Virus record (IMG/VR): IMGVR_UViG_3300042308_001511 | Coordinates: 280,084 to 344,083 of that record | DNA: 64,000 bases | Reading direction: 5' to 3' (one strand) | In this document: in pieces, positions 63,988 through 64,000 of the stretch | Layout of the letters: the number at the start of each line of letters is the position of its first letter | Position numbering within the stretch: the stretch's first letter is position 1 | The notes under the pieces: model-generated | Database searches by the model: none | Seen by the model: the letters and a program-made list of their open reading frames with translations, nothing else | What the model was told of the DNA's origin: nothing | Position numbers and translations under genes: made by a program

Positions 63988-64000
63988 GCTGGACCTGTCC

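Noticed and set aside
1-64000. Alternative genetic code (TAG or TGA reassignment)
   Set aside because: Long ORFs are intact in code 11 and end sensibly at TAA, TAG and TGA, with many ATGA overlaps.
1-64000. Diversity-generating retroelement, integrase or transposase explaining the paralog arrays
   Set aside because: No reverse transcriptase, recombinase or IS-like ORF, or TR/VR pair, recognised in this window.

Overview
The window is a 64-kb accessory region of a large (jumbo-type) dsDNA tailed phage, most likely infecting Bacteroidota (Flavobacteriia-like). This host call is inferred from TAnnTTyG (-7) promoters, a T9SS C-terminal sorting domain and a PG-binding/GH19 endolysin. I recognised no capsid, terminase or replication genes. 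Most genes are small, minus-strand and translationally coupled. The most striking pattern is two mutually exclusive peptide tags. (1) About 65-70 otherwise unrelated proteins (manual count), mostly downstream of host-type promoters, end in R-[ED]-x-[KR]-[LI]-x-[EDK]-[LI]-G-I (variant ...[ED]LL). (2) About 14 proteins start with M[KR]xIKx[FY]ExF, which resembles the T4 capsid-targeting sequence, and most follow a TAATATATA/TATATATA/TATAAATA late-promoter-like box. Other notable items are two acyl-carrier-protein-like domains with the phosphopantetheine Ser replaced by Asp/Glu, a 117-nt tRNA-shaped RNA lacking a normal anticodon arm, and a phage-borne T9SS cargo protein. The window also encodes LRR and LamG proteins, LOG, two SAM methyltransferases, a C39 peptidase, a chagasin inhibitor, a GNAT and two P-loop kinases, and has three single-base frameshifts. 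All family calls are from motif recognition by eye; no searches were run.
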